DNA of 63,995 bases, the filler included, from Octopus bimaculoides (lineage: Eukaryota), in NCBI RefSeq assembly GCF_001194135.2. It is 4 parts of 3 records of this genome, joined end to end, with 100 filler letters (N's around TTAATTAATTAA, not from the genome) between each part and the next. Parts side by side here need not be neighbours in the genome. Positions count along the whole stretch, not along the records: positions 1 to 29,450 come from NC_068997.1; 3 more parts are not named here. One strand, 5' to 3'. Positions 12,851 through 26,129 of the stretch are shown piece after piece. Below the pieces are notes generated by a model. It did not search any database. It saw only the letters and a list, made by a program, of their open reading frames with translations, and was not told where the DNA came from. Position 1 is the first letter of the stretch. Each line of letters begins with the position of its first letter. The translations under genes were made by a program, and so were the position numbers.

Positions 12851-13029
12851 GCTGAGTTCGTCAGCTTTTGGTGGGGCCTCGTTTCCCATTCAGTCGCTCA
12901 AGCTGCTCGTACTAGATCTGCTTTGTTATCATTTGGTTTGGTTTTAAACGTTCTCAGTGGACTAAAGCTTTCATATTACACCAAACAGATAACAACACAT
13001 TACGTAGTTAAAGACCTTTAAATTTGTGT

Positions 13030-13724
13030 ACCGGTATTTCTCCTTAACCTACCCGCTGTCTTTGACGCTGGACATTTTTATAGAAAACCCATTTCTCGCC
13101 ACCAGAGATTATTCGGTCAAAAAAATGTTCATTCGTGTGACGTGTCAGCAAAGAGGAACACACATCCAATCACTACGCGCGATTAGACTGGGCACGTTTG
13201 TGAGGAATTGATTGACCTAATTTGCTGGCTTTTCCGATGGCACGCAGGAATCGATGAATGGTTGAATGACCAAATCCAAGCATCTCTGCTAGTTCCTCAA
13301 CGGTTACGGTGGGACTTTGTTCCACCAGGTTTTGCAGTACGTCCTCGTCAAGCTCTACAGATCTTCCAGGACGAGGTTCGTCTTCTAGGCTGTAGTTCCA
13401 GCTCGAAATTCCTGGAACAACCGTTGACACTGGCTTACATTTATTGTCCGATCCCCTTATACTGCATTAATATTCCTTGCACATTCCGTTGCATTGTTGC
13501 CTTTATTGAACACATGAACGAAAATATGCCGAATATGCTCCTCTATCAATTTCATTATAGCTTTGAAAAAGGATCTGTTAAAATCGAATTGTAGTCTTTA
13601 AAACTTGCACTAAGAATAAGTTCAAGGTAAAATTACTGCCTGTTTTTATAGCAAGTTGAGGCAGTTAGTTTATCCCGCCCCAGCCCCTCCAACTTTTAAT
13701 TCATGCATTTGACAAAACTGCATT
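13030..13724 (-). mobile_element. Mariner (DD34D-type) transposon remnant: N-terminal HTH to first catalytic region
   Basis: Reverse translation EHIRHIF..FNKGNNATECARNINAVYGD...YSLEDEPRPGRS...ELAEMLGFGHSTIHRFLRAIGK..KLGQSIPH...ISGGEKWVFYKN; stops and frameshifts; TIR-like taatgcagttttgtc at 13705-13724. Confidence 0.9.
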
Positions 13725-13809
13725 ATTAAAGAAATGGCCCAATATATCTATCTATCAATCTATCAACACACACACGCACACGCGCACACACACATAAGCG
13801 CACACACAT

Positions 13810-13863
<54 letters not shown>

Positions 13864-14397
13864 NNNNNNNNNNNNNNNNNNNNNNNNNNNNNNNNNNNNN
13901 NNNNNNNNNNNNNNNNNNNNNNNNNNNNNNNNNNNNNNNNNNNNNNNNNNNNNNNNNNNNNNNNNNNNNNNNNNNNNNNNNNNNNNNNNNNNNNNNNNNN
14001 NNNNNNNNNNNNNNNNNNNNNNNNNNNNNNNNNNNNNNNNNNNNNNNNNNNNNNNNNNNNNNNNNNNNNNNNNNNNNNNNNNNNNNNNNNNNNNNNNNNN
14101 NNNNNNNNNNNNNNNNNNNNNNNNNNNNNNNNNNNNNNNNNNNNNNNNNNNNNNNNNNNNNNNNNNNNNNNNNNNNNNNNNNNNNNNNNNNNNNNNNNNN
14201 NNNNNNNNNNNNNNNNNNNNNNNNNNNNNNNNNNNNNNNNNNNNNNNNNNNNNNNNNNNNNNNNNNNNNNNNNNNNNNNNNNNNNNNNNNNNNNNNNNNN
14301 NNNNNNNNNNNNNNNNNNNNNNNNNNNNNNNNNNNNNNNNNNNNNNNNNNNNNNNNNNNNNNNNNNNNNNNNNNNNNNNNNNNNNNNNNNNNNNNNN

Positions 14398-14735
14398 AGA
14401 TACTGCAGCAGCCTCGGTTTCAGAGGACCTCAGCTCTTCAATGCCCTGCCAAAACATTTGAGAGACATGCAAGACATGGATACGGAGGTCTTCAAGACAA
14501 AACTTGACACTTTCCTCTCCACGGTACCAGACGAACCAATGGCTCGTAATGAGACGCAGTTTAGGGCAGCTATGTCAAATTCTCTTATACACCAGATGTG
14601 CCATCAAAACTCTTGATTGGACCATGTCAGGTGGGGGAGAAGAGCCATGCGAGGAACGTGAAAATTACGGTGGTGCACCAGCATGACCGCAGCCACTTGG
14701 CTGAAACACATAAATAAATAAATAAATAAATAAAT
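14398..14735 (+). mobile_element. CR1-like LINE 3' end (ORF2 C-terminus, 3' UTR, (TAAA)n tail)
   Basis: RYCSSLGFRGPQLFNALPKHLRD...FKTKLDTFLSTVPDEP...AAMSNSLIHQ; tail ggtggtgcaccagcatgaccgcagcc...ctgaaacacataaataaa. Confidence 0.8.
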
Positions 14736-15370
14736 ATATATATATATATATATATATATCCATATGCATATATAAATATATATTATATACATATCTATCA
14801 ATCAATCTATCTATCTATATATATGTATATATATATATAAATATATATATATATACATTTATATTTACACACACACACACGCACACACACGCATACACAT
14901 ACACACACACACACATACATACACACATATATACAGGTACAAAGATGTATGTATGTATTTCAGAAAAAAAGTGAAAGAAAGTCTCACATAGGTATACCTA
15001 GATCTTACACAATAACCGGCTGTATCAAAGCCTCGAATAACAGAACAGAAGAAATATATTCTATTTCATGCAATTTAAATGCATTTGAGGCGAAAAAGTA
15101 AGTGATATATGACGACAAGTGGGAAGTTGTTCTCACAATGTAAGATGGAGAAAATATCTGCGAGGAGAAAGTTACCCGAACACTGATGTATTACATCACC
15201 ATACACATACATACAGATATACATACATACATACATGCATACCTACATTTATATAGTTATATATAGTATATCTCGAAGAGCATATATAATGGTATGCACG
15301 AGTGTATGTAAATGTGCTAATACAATGCATACATACATAAATATACACACACACATACACACACACACAC

Positions 15371-15456
<86 letters not shown>

Positions 15457-16757
15457 ATGTATATACAAACGTACACACACACATATATATATATGCACGT
15501 ATATATACATATATACACTCTATCAACGCAATATTTACATGCAATTATTTATACATTTTGTATACATACTCCAAGATATATTATTCCCAAAAATAACTAT
15601 GTATATACGTGTATCTGCGTATGTATATATATGCATACTGATACATCTAAATCTACACACACACACACACACACATATACGTGTCACACAGCCATATACA
15701 TACTCGCACACACCATCAACCGACCATTATACATGATTCTGTCTATGCGGCCTGTTGCTGCTACATGCATGAAATTATACATGAAGTAGGTGTGGCTTAG
15801 ATTGCAGTTAGTTTAATCTCACTCTATTCGATACATCTCAATTCTTCGTTTCTATTTAATCAGTTTCCTCGCCCACATTCTTCCCTTATATCTACACCCT
15901 TCTCTCTCTCTCTCTCTCGCCTTCTTTTGCACATCTCTATTTAATTCTTAAAGCTTTCATTTCCCCCACTCGTTTTGTTTACCCTCTACGTATTTCGACC
16001 CTTCTCCCCACCCTAGATCAACGCAGTCTTCTCTCTTTCTTTCACACACTATTCTTCACTCTCTATCACTCTCCCTCTCACAGATTGTTTCCTCACTGTG
16101 TGTCTATTTTGTCATTCCTTTCCATGTAGTTTCTTTCGCTAATCTTTCATTTTCACACCTCTGTTATGCCTATCTCACCTGAACATCTTGCACATACATA
16201 CATACATACACACACATGCACACAAACATACATAAATGTATATGTAATGTATGTGTTATATATATATATATGTATACATACTCATATGTATTCACCCACA
16301 CACATACAGGCATATATATNNNNNNNNNNNNNNNNNNNNNNNNNNNNNNNNNNNNNNNNNNNNNNNNNNNNNNNNNNNNNNNNNNNNNNNNNNNNNNNNN
16401 NNNNNNNNNNNNNNNNNNNNNNNNNNNNNNNNNNNNNNNNNNNNNNNNNNNNNNNNNNNNNNNNNNNNNNNNNNNNNNNNNNNNNNNNNNNNNNNNNNNN
16501 NNNNNNNNNNNNNNNNNNNNNNNNNNNNNNNNNNNNNNNNNNNNNNNNNNNNNNNNNNNNNNNNNNNNNNNNNNNNNNNNNNNNNNNNNNNNNNNNNNNN
16601 NNNNNNNNNNNNNNNNNNNNNNNNNNNNNNNNNNNNNNNNNNNNNNNNNNNNNNNNTCTAATACTTTGCTTGTACCACGTCTTCTCGTTGTTTCTTTTTT
16701 GTTTCTTGCGTTTGTTCTTGGTTTTTCTTTTTTGGGGGAGGGGGCAATAAAGAAATA

Positions 16758-16955
16758 AGAAACGTTAGCACGCTGAGCGACATTATTAGTGGTATGTCGT
16801 CTGTCACTACGATCTCAGTTCAAATTCCGCCGAGGTCGAATTTGCCTTTCATCCTTTCGGGGTCGATATGTTAAGTACCAATTGCGTACTGGGATCGATC
16901 TAATCGACTGGCCCCCTCCCCCAAAATTTCGGTCCTTGTGCCTAGAGTAGAAACA
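16758..16955 (+). mobile_element. SINE family B (near full length)
   Basis: gaaacgttagcacgc...cagttcaaattccgccgaggtcgaatttgcctttcatcctttcggggtcgat...ccttgtgcctagagtagaaa; B-box-like gttcaaattcc. Confidence 0.9.
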
Positions 16956-17379
16956 ATTATTCAATTATCTCCGTGGCTTCATTTACTCCTCTCTCTCTCC
17001 CTCTCTCTCTATCTCTCTCTCCCTCTTTCGCTCTATATATGTTTATATGTACACGTGTGTCTGCCTGTGTTAACATGTATAAAGACCTATTCTCCCTCCC
17101 TCTCCCTTTCTCTCTGTCTGTCTGTCTCTCTTTGTCTCTCTCTCTCAGACACACGCACACACATTTATATAATTACACACACATACGCACATCATGTATT
17201 TCTTTGTTCTTTTTTAAACTTAGACATCTTTTCTTTGCAGTGCCATATATGAATATGTGCTTTAATTCAAAATAAAAAGAAAAGAACCGAATTCAGAACA
17301 ATAATTGTTGAATTTACACACGGCTAAATCTCCCACTGGTATCGACGTGCAAAGCTTAATCGAGACATATCTCATTTTA

Positions 17380-17995
17380 TCCGCATTGGTCATCAAATAT
17401 TGAATAACGTAATCAAGCAGCGGATTGAAGAAGGGCGTTGCCGTTTGAAGATGAGATCTGAGAGGTGTGACAAAGACACCAGATAAGAGGTGATTATTCA
17501 ACCCCGACTTTCATCGGTTGCTATTGAGGTATTTTCTTTGGATATTTCACTATATTGTTGAAGTGATATATTAAATGACTTAGGATAAGGCTGTAAAGTG
17601 GCAACAAAGAAATGACTGATTTGAAATGTTAATGTTAAAAGCATACGATCGCGAATACAAGCGGCTGAAATGGTATTCTTCCGAAGGATTTCTGGAGTAA
17701 CGTTATTCGATAGGATGCATAACTTTGAGATTACGGGGACTCCAGGACAAGCAGCGATTTCTCGCATTGAGATGTTTCTGCGTCAAATCTTGTGGAAAGC
17801 ATTACAAGACAGACCCTTACAGGAGAGTCATCCGGCGGGAGACCTAGTGGCAGACCAAGAACGAGATGGTTGGATAATATCCATTGTCTTAGTTAGTCAT
17901 GCTTGGGAATCCAGTGTTTCTAATAGGAGCCTCTGAAGTGGGCGAAACAGGTCCCTATTCCCAATTCCCTCTGGCAGATTGATGGAATAAGAATA
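17380..17995 (+). mobile_element. RTE-clade LINE 3' fragment (degenerate)
   Basis: RSRIQAAEMVFFRRISGVTLFDRMHNFEI and RPSGRPRTRWLDNI motifs typical of RTE ORF C-termini. Confidence 0.8.
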
Positions 17996-18668
17996 AAATA
18001 TACGACTAGGGAAAAGAGTTCAGGCACAAGGAAGACGAGTTTTGAGCGTTAATAAATAGGTCTGTCATAAAAAAATTGTCTCAGATTTTCAATTCAGTGC
18101 GATATGTATTGTAACAAAAGTAAACATAGAAGTATGTTCGTTTCCCTGTGAACTACTATCCTTACAACTTTCCCCTCATTGCAATACAGGTGAAGGCCAT
18201 GTCTTCTGCTGGCAAAATGTAAAAAGAAGATATCTACCATGAAGGTCAAGAGAGATTTCCTAAGTTGTCTTCCATTTTGGATCAGTTTTCCTCCTGACAG
18301 TAGTTAACTTGCAGCGTTTACCTGTCTTACAAAACTTTATCTCCCCATGTTTCACTACTTTTAGTGCTTTGCCGTTGCTAACTCTTTTTAACCTCTCCGA
18401 TTCTCCATCAGCCAGTACTCTGAGGAATTGATCGTCTTTTCTAAGGACAGATATGGATACTATATATTAACTGTGATGTCCTGAAAACGGTGTGCAACAA
18501 ATGAGTTAAATTTTTTTTGTGACCTGGAGATAAAAAGAAATCTAGCTTGATTTGAAACAACTTACCCTAAACATACAATCTATTTTAACCATGGAAATTA
18601 ATACCATTGCTCCCTTTCCGATATTTTTCTCAGATCATTTTAGCTTTAATTATGCGGATTATGATTAT

Positions 18669-19048
18669 GGCTGTGTGGTAAGTAGCTTGCTTACCAACCA
18701 CATGGTACCGGGTTCAGTCCCACTGCGTGGAACCTTGGACAAGTGTCTTCTACTATAGCTTCGGGCCGACCAAAGCCTTGTGAGTGGATTTCGTAGACGG
18801 AAACTGAAAGAAGCCCGTCGTATATATGTGTATATATATGTATGTGTTTGTGTGTCTGTGTTTGTCACCCCAACATCGCTTGACAACCGATGTTGGTGTG
18901 TTTACGTCCCTGTAACTTAGCAGTTCGGCAAAATAGGCCGATAGAATAAGTGCTAGGCTTACAAAGAATAAGTCCTGGGGTCGATTTGCTCGACTAAAGG
19001 CAGTGCTCCAGCATGGCCACAGTCAAATAACTGAAATAAGTAAAAGAG
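18669..19048 (+). mobile_element. tRNA-derived SINE family A (full length, CORE-like block)
   Basis: A-box-like tggtaagtagc, B-box ggttcagtccc, CORE-like accttggacaagtgtctt, internal TA/GT tract, LINE-like tail ggcagtgctccagcatggccacagtc. Confidence 0.92.
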
Positions 19049-20077
19049 GCAAATACTTTACAATATCTCAAGTGACATACACTGTTAGACTTTATATGAT
19101 GATGTCCAGCAAACCGAAACCTATGTCCATATTCATCAGTTGACTGCAAACACAGATCAGGTTGTTCTTCCTCTGAGCATGTAAAATCGAACCCATGCGG
19201 AACTTAGCACATCATCCTTTAACAAAATTAATCATGGAATCCTCCCCTTTGAATTATTTCCCATAGATCTTCTTCAGAATTATACTCATCTCTGTTTTCT
19301 ATTCGTAGAAATATGCTCAGTGTTCTGCGGTCTTTATTATTCTGACGACTTCAACAGAATATATCTTCATATTTGTCCCTTACCTGCTAAGAATACATTA
19401 AATTGAGGAATTTCTACTTAGTTTTTAGAAGATATCTCCCCTTATTCTTTTAGAGTTCGACATTAACTGATACGGATTTGCATGTTATCCACCCGAGAGA
19501 GACAATCCGATAAATTAAAATGTTATTGCGTGCAGCGTTTAGTGAGCACGCTCCTATACACACACGCACACACACACACACACATACACACACACAGGTA
19601 CACGCGCGCGCATATACACTTATTCATTTATTTGCTCTTACAATATCACAACCATACATATAAAAGCAGTCTAGTTTTCCAGTTGATATTCCAATATAAA
19701 TACTACAGGTTCGATTCCCCAAACATATCCGATATATGAGAAGGGCGTGATAAGTGGATGCAGTTTACCTTGTATGTTGCCTCAATGTTGAAAGTCGTCA
19801 TTGTTTCCCAGCAGGATTGGACTGCGGATGCTGTTAAATCATTGGCTTGATGACCTATGTGATCCACTTCATTTCATAACTGTTGGGAGCATGAGCGCTG
19901 AGTAATTAATGAATATTACGCTGACATCCAAAACCGAATTTAATTCGATCACAATGGAATTATTTTGAAAGAAACCATTCAGGGACAGGTTAAAAATATC
20001 TCATGAAATATATCTCCCCACACACACACACAACATCACCTACTATTGGAGGTGGTAACCTGTTGTTACTATTCTTT

Positions 20078-20290
20078 TGTACTCCAGGCACAAGCCCCCA
20101 AGATTTTGGAGGAGGGTGCCAGTCGATCAGATCCACCCTAGTACGAAACTGGTACTTAATTTATCGACCCCGAAAGGATGAAAGGCAAAGTCGACCTCGG
20201 TGGAATTTGAACTCAGATCGTAACGGCAGACGAAATAACGCGAAGCATTTCCCTCGGCGTGCTAACGATTCTGCCAGCTCTCCGCCTGAC
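20078..20290 (-). mobile_element. SINE family B
   Basis: Reverse copy of 16758-16955. Confidence 0.88.
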
Positions 20291-20685
20291 CGGCTGTTAC
20301 TATTGATAATCATTTATGTGTTAGCCATTCACTTATCACCCACAACGCTTGTGCATAATAAAAATTAATAACTCAGTACCTTGTGGTTTCTCTGTCTTCT
20401 AAAAATCTCTCAAATCAAACAGTACTACAAACACAATCTGAGTGGACAACACTTGGACGCCCCATTTCTTAGTAGCTGCAATACACCCTAATTACTGAGA
20501 ACTCATTATCCATAGTTAGTTGAGTTGTGCTGTGATAAAATACTTATTTTTATTCGGTAGGATAATGCTATCGTGCATATGAATATTAAGTAGGGCAATA
20601 TCACTATACATGTCCTATCACCAGGCTAATGATACAAGACGCTGAATTCAGTAGTTTTCTTTTTGTGATATTTCATGACCCGATT

Positions 20686-21072
20686 CAGTTGTTGTTGGTA
20701 CTCCGTCGCTTGCGACGTCGAGGGTTCCTGTTGATCCGATCAACGGAACAGCCTGCTCGTGAAATTAACGTGCAAGTGGCTGAGCACTCCACAGACACGT
20801 GTACCCTTAACGTAGTTCTCGGAGAGATTCAGCGTGACACAGTGTAACAAGGCTGACCTTTTGAATTACAGGTACAACAGAAACAGGAAAAATGAGTGAG
20901 AGAAAGTTGTGGTGAAAGAGTACAGCAGGGTTCGCCAGCATCCCCTGCCGGAGCCTCGTGAATGTTTTAGGTGTTTTCGCTCAATAAACACCCACAACGC
21001 ACGGTCTGGGAATCGAAACCACGATCATATGACCGCGAGTGCGCTGCCCTAACCACTGGGCCAGCGCCTCCA
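20686..21072 (-). mobile_element. tRNA-derived SINE family E
   Basis: Reverse: ggaggcgctggcccagtggttagggcagcgcactc...ggtttcgattcccagacc (A and B boxes) through caggctgttccgttgatcggatcaac and (CAA)n tail. Confidence 0.85.
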
Positions 21073-22398
21073 TGACTCGATTCAGTACGTTAATATAATC
21101 GTTCATGTTATATTAGCTAGCGTGATTTATTCGATAAGTTCGTGGTTCGTGTCCCATCACCGTAACACAGTTGTAGCTGTTATATTATGACGAACCTTAT
21201 CCCTGTATCCGAACGTAACTAGTTCGGTAACTAGTATCTACCTGGAAGTCAGTATACCAATCTTGTTGATAGCATATTTATGTGTTCAAAAACGTGATAC
21301 TGTATCCTTCCAGTTGTATTGATTACAAATACGTTGATGGACATATTTCATGAATTCCGTTATATAATTTAATTCAAGAGCTAAGTCTATGTAATTCATT
21401 AGCTTTTCAGCTCATTCTGACACAATATTATCGTCGTTTTGATTTTGATATGTCGATCTGGTGTCAATTGATATGTCAATTATTAACACTCTATTCTGAA
21501 TTGTGACATGTAACATGTTGTGAAGTATATTAAATATTATCCACTGGTCTGCATTTTAAAGTTGCATAATATTTTCTGCTTGTTACTTTCGATGTGAAGT
21601 GAATATTTGATAACTCATTTTGGTCGATCCCATCTGAATTTGAGCGTTGGAGTTATTATTCTTATTTTTCTAGTGAACATGTTGGACATATCCATTATTA
21701 AATGTCATTTTACTAAACTTTCGTGTATATGATTTGCTTACAATTACATTTTTTTTTAATTTTTCTTTTATATCCTTGTTGATCCATGTCATATCTTGCA
21801 ATTTGTAAGGGCTGGCCACTATACGAATATATGTGCGAATGTGAGTCAATTCTTGCAAGTTTTGACACAAAATTCTATATTTTTTAGATTTCCCGTTATA
21901 GTCATGTAACATTATTGGTTGTTTTCGGATTCTTTTGCATTTGGTAGATTTTTCCCCTGTTTCAAACCTAATAGAATTGCAGGAGAGAATTTAGTTGCAG
22001 GACGCTGTGATATAATGACTTTCGTAATAGTATGTCAAAATGGATTCACAGAATCTTTTATAAAAAGGAAGACAGAATAAGAGAAACAACTTTCCAGAAA
22101 GGAATGGTTTATTGGTGTAAACGGTTGCAAATTTTTCCTATATCGAAGTTCGGTAAGCTGAAAGAAGTAAATTTATACTCTACAATTAGTAAATAAGGTT
22201 GCTGTGTATGTGAATAAACATCCAAAATTAGGGAATGAAATGGATAAGATCCAGGCTACATATGTTTCATAGCTGTCAGGATATCGGAAGCAGTAATTAT
22301 TTAAGCGACGAGTGCTCTGCTAGCTAGGAAATATATGTAGCCTCAATTTCATTTCTTCAATTCCCTAAATTTGGATACATATATATATATATACATAC

Positions 22399-22447
<49 letters not shown>

Positions 22448-22559
22448 NNNNNNNNNNGAGAGAGAGAGAGAGAGAGAGAAGGAGAGTGAGACTGACAGAC
22501 ATATAGCAGATAGAGAAGAGAGAGACAGAGAGAGAAAGAGATAGATAGATAGATAGATA

Positions 22560-22672
22560 AGGAACAAGATGAAGTGTTTTGTTCAATAACACAACACGCA
22601 GTCAAGTCCAGGAATCACACTGACAACCTCTCAACTGTAAACCCAACTCTATAACTACTGAACCAAGCTTCT
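22560..22672 (-). mobile_element. SINE family D head fragment
   Basis: gatgaagtgttttgttcaataacacaacac...ccaggaatc, homologous to 25000-25125. Confidence 0.5.
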
Positions 22673-23315
22673 CGCCACATACATACATACACACATACAC
22701 ACGCATACTATATGCATATTATATTCATGTATACATCACGTGGATTTATACTTCCACATACCCATAGAGATACACATTCATACACGTGATTCTCCCCAAA
22801 TACACACACAAAGACACACACACGCACACACACACACACGCATACACACATGCAATGATTCATATAAAGCGATAGGTGAAAATAATAAAGTATATATGCA
22901 CATACCTCTTTATATAAATCATTATATAAATATAAGATTATATCAAGGTTCTTATCCTTCAGATGTCCTTTTAATTTGCGGATGGTCAGTGTAAATTAGT
23001 TATTGCTGCAGTGAAAAAGACTAAAAGAGATTCTTTAATAAGAATGGACAAAGGATGTTTAGAGAAATCGGTGTTAAACATATAAAATTTATTTTAGTCT
23101 TCATTCTGATTATATCAGTTCTGATTTTTTCCAGTCTTCTTGGCTCCTGTAAAAGTCTGGGAATTAAAGTACAAATAATAAATTTTGGCAGTTCCACTTT
23201 CTTTCTAACAACCATCACTTGGCAACGCTATGTTTCTCTTGTTTTCTTACAACACCTCGCTCAGTTATACACATTATATGTGCTAACGAGCGGGTGTATA
23301 AACAGATATACAAGC

Positions 23316-23356
<41 letters not shown>

Positions 23357-23632
23357 TAAGATGGGGCCAATTATATATATATTTATATATATATGTATGC
23401 ATGTATGGTATTATGCGTGTATATATATCTGTATNNNNNNNNNNNNNNNNNNNNNNNNNNNNNNNNNNNNNNNNNNNNNNNNNNNNNNNNNNNNNNNNNN
23501 NNNNNNNNNNNNNNNNNNNNNNNNNNNNNNNNNNNNNNNNNNNNNNNNNNNNNNNNNNNNNNNNNNNNNNNNNNNNNNNNNNNNNNNNNNNNNNNNNNNN
23601 NNNNNNNNNNNNNNNNNNNNNNNNNNNNNNNN

Positions 23633-23716
<84 letters not shown>

Positions 23717-24475
23717 TGTGTGTGAGAGAGGGGCAGTAAGACAGAGAATAATATTTAGATAGAGGGAGGTAAAGTTTGTCTGTAAGCAAATAACGTGTCC
23801 GTTTGTGGCAAAATCGCGTGCGCAGAATTGTATGTGTATGCTTTGAAAACCGTTAGATAGTGAGTATGAATGTTTCAGCGTTTAAAGAAACATATACGCG
23901 TATTTATTGATGTTTATTCGTCTGTACATTTATTCGGTAAAGTGTGAACTTATCTAATTTCTATTTAGTAATTATATGAAATACAAAGGAAATATATGTT
24001 ACGTTCATTGGATATACTGCATAATGTATGATCCAACGTATTAGGAAATAAGCTATTTCTAGAAACCTCTCCTTCGTTTATTCATCTTTGGAGTCGTGAC
24101 ATTATACATACGTTTGCTTAAATATTACTTATTAGCTGTGATATATATCATCCTACAATGATTAAGTTCCCTTCTTTGTGCTATTAATATAAATTAGCTA
24201 TGATTTAAATGTATATACATAATCTTAGACTTGCGCATACACACGCGCAAACATTATACATTTATGAATATATACATGAATATACACATATATATGTATA
24301 CATATATATGCATATATATATATGAATAAATCTATGTATAAATGTGTTTGTGTGTGTGTGAGTATGCATATATGTGTACATATATATATATACATGTAGG
24401 TATGTATATTTGTGTGTGTATTTGTGTGTGTGCATGTGTGTATTTGCATACGTGTCAAAATGTACTACCCTCTCA

Positions 24476-24635
24476 CAGTGTATGAGGCACCATTTGCCGG
24501 ATGGCATGGAGGACTTGCTCATTGATTTAATGTGCAAAGTATCAGGATTATTAACAACTCGTGTATGCTTTATGGGATTGTCAAGTAGAATTAGCATGGC
24601 CACTAGCTTGATGCAGATTGACCATCAGAATACAG
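24476..24635 (+). CDS. Possible further exon: CMRHHLPDGMEDLLIDLMCKVSGLLTTRVCFMGLSSRISMATSLMQIDHQNT
   Basis: taccctctcacag acceptor, open phase-0 frame compatible with exon D, weak cag|gtactg donor; a stronger donor atg|gtaagt lies at 24730; boundaries uncertain. Confidence 0.3.
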
Positions 24636-24884
24636 GTACTGTCCATCCGATAGGATTCTACAGATTTTTCTGTCTATTCATTTTCCCAAATTCATTCACA
24701 TGACTTGGATGGATCAAATCTATGTTATGGTAAGTGTACTTGCCTATAAACCAGGCTTTATCCTAACGTTCGAAATTTCACCTCACTCTTCAAGGATCCT
24801 GTCTTGACATTTATTTAGAATAGAAGTTAAAATAGAAGTTAAAATAGAAACTCAAGTCTATATTTCCTTTAAATATAAAGTACC

Positions 24885-25127
24885 TTCTCGAGTCGTGCTG
24901 ACTCATAAGGGGCGGTTTCCCGGTTTCCATGGAGCATTAATTTCCCACAGGGACAGGACACCGGTCCGTCGCTGAATTACTCATCTCTGCCAACTGGAGC
25001 AACGTGAAATTAAGTGTTTTGCTCAAGAACACGACGCCTCACCCGGTTCAGGAATCAAAACGGCAATGTTACGATCATGACTCCAACGCCCTACCCGCTA
25101 AACCACACGCCTTCACTATTCCTTCAA
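24885..25127 (-). mobile_element. tRNA-derived SINE family D (CORE-like)
   Basis: Reverse: gtgaaggcgtgtggtttagcgggtagggcgttgg...ttttgattcctgaacc...gtgttcttgagcaaaacactt. Confidence 0.75.
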
Positions 25128-25669
25128 ATATGGAACTTCCGTTAAGGCGAATATATCAACAACAGCAGTGAAATACCAAGGCATTTAATGTCAGCTACTT
25201 TTTTTCTTTCTATGAGACGTTGCGAAAAGTTAAAGCTTGGACTTAAATCTGTGAAATGTGGCATTCTGGAAGATTGATACATCTGATTAAGAAACATTGA
25301 TGTGTGATTAAGATTAAGATTAACACATCTGGTTATGTATTAACGAAATAAACATCTAATGAGTGGAGATTGATACATTTCAGCGGAGAGAACATACAAT
25401 GTTTTATTTTTGCTCTTTTGTTTTTCTTTGTTGGCGTTTTTTTAAATGGAACTTGTAAGATAAATAAGGGAACCAACATTGGGGTAGAGAATATAATAGG
25501 ATGAGGGTGAAAGAGTCTAAAGGAAAGTAATTGCCGATGAATTACAACGGTGGCGTTATTTGAGATAATGAAATAAGTGAATTAGAAGGAAATGAACCAG
25601 ATAAATGAGAAAAGAAAGACAAAAGATACAAAAAGGAAATGAACTGAGAGAAAAACGATGAAAGAGTCT

Positions 25670-25890
25670 AAGTGAAGTTATCAGAAAAATCTCAGCGAAT
25701 TTCTGCGATTGCAGTGCAATGCAGGTAATGCTTTTTTAGCTGTCTTCCAGTCTTCCTGGCTGCTGTAAAAATCTAGTAAGTGTAAAAGTCTGGTAAGTGT
25801 AAAAGTCTGTAAAAGTAAGTGAAGATATCAGAAAAATCTCAGCGAATTTCCGCAATTACAGTGCAATGCATGTAATGTTTTTTTTAGTTA
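25670..25890 (+). repeat. Local direct repeat (about 70-bp unit twice, with short aagtgtaaaagtct repeats between)
   Basis: aagtgaagttatcagaaaaatctcagcgaatttctgcgattgcagtgcaatgcaggtaatg versus aagtgaagatatcagaaaaatctcagcgaatttccgcaattacagtgcaatgcatgtaatg. Confidence 0.85.
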
Positions 25891-26129
25891 TGTGTTAGAT
25901 GATTCTCCAAGTATTTGCAATGTCCGTATTTGTTTAATCACGTATTTAAATTGATAGTGAAATTTAAAAAAAAAACTTTTTAAAGAACATTTTGAGGATT
26001 CTACTTTTTTCGGTCGTGTACAGAATGCTTCAATTGTTTCCAATCTCGTACAGTTGGATGAGTGTCTACAGTGTTCTAGTTTAACATATAGACCGAAAAT
26101 CTGATATTAGTTTTATATATATTCTTTAC

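Noticed and set aside
18669-18740. tRNA-like A and B boxes (also 16760-16830, 21000-21070, 25050-25125)
   Set aside because: These are SINE heads that continue into SINE bodies; no complete cloverleaf
19095-19130. Hammerhead-like atgatga-tgtcc...gaaac-ctat-gtc
   Set aside because: Core C3 is missing and stems I and II do not pair
21670-21912. 80-aa minus-strand ORF containing WINKDIKEKLKK
   Set aside because: Only a faint resemblance to a LINE ORF2 linker; no other motif or splice support
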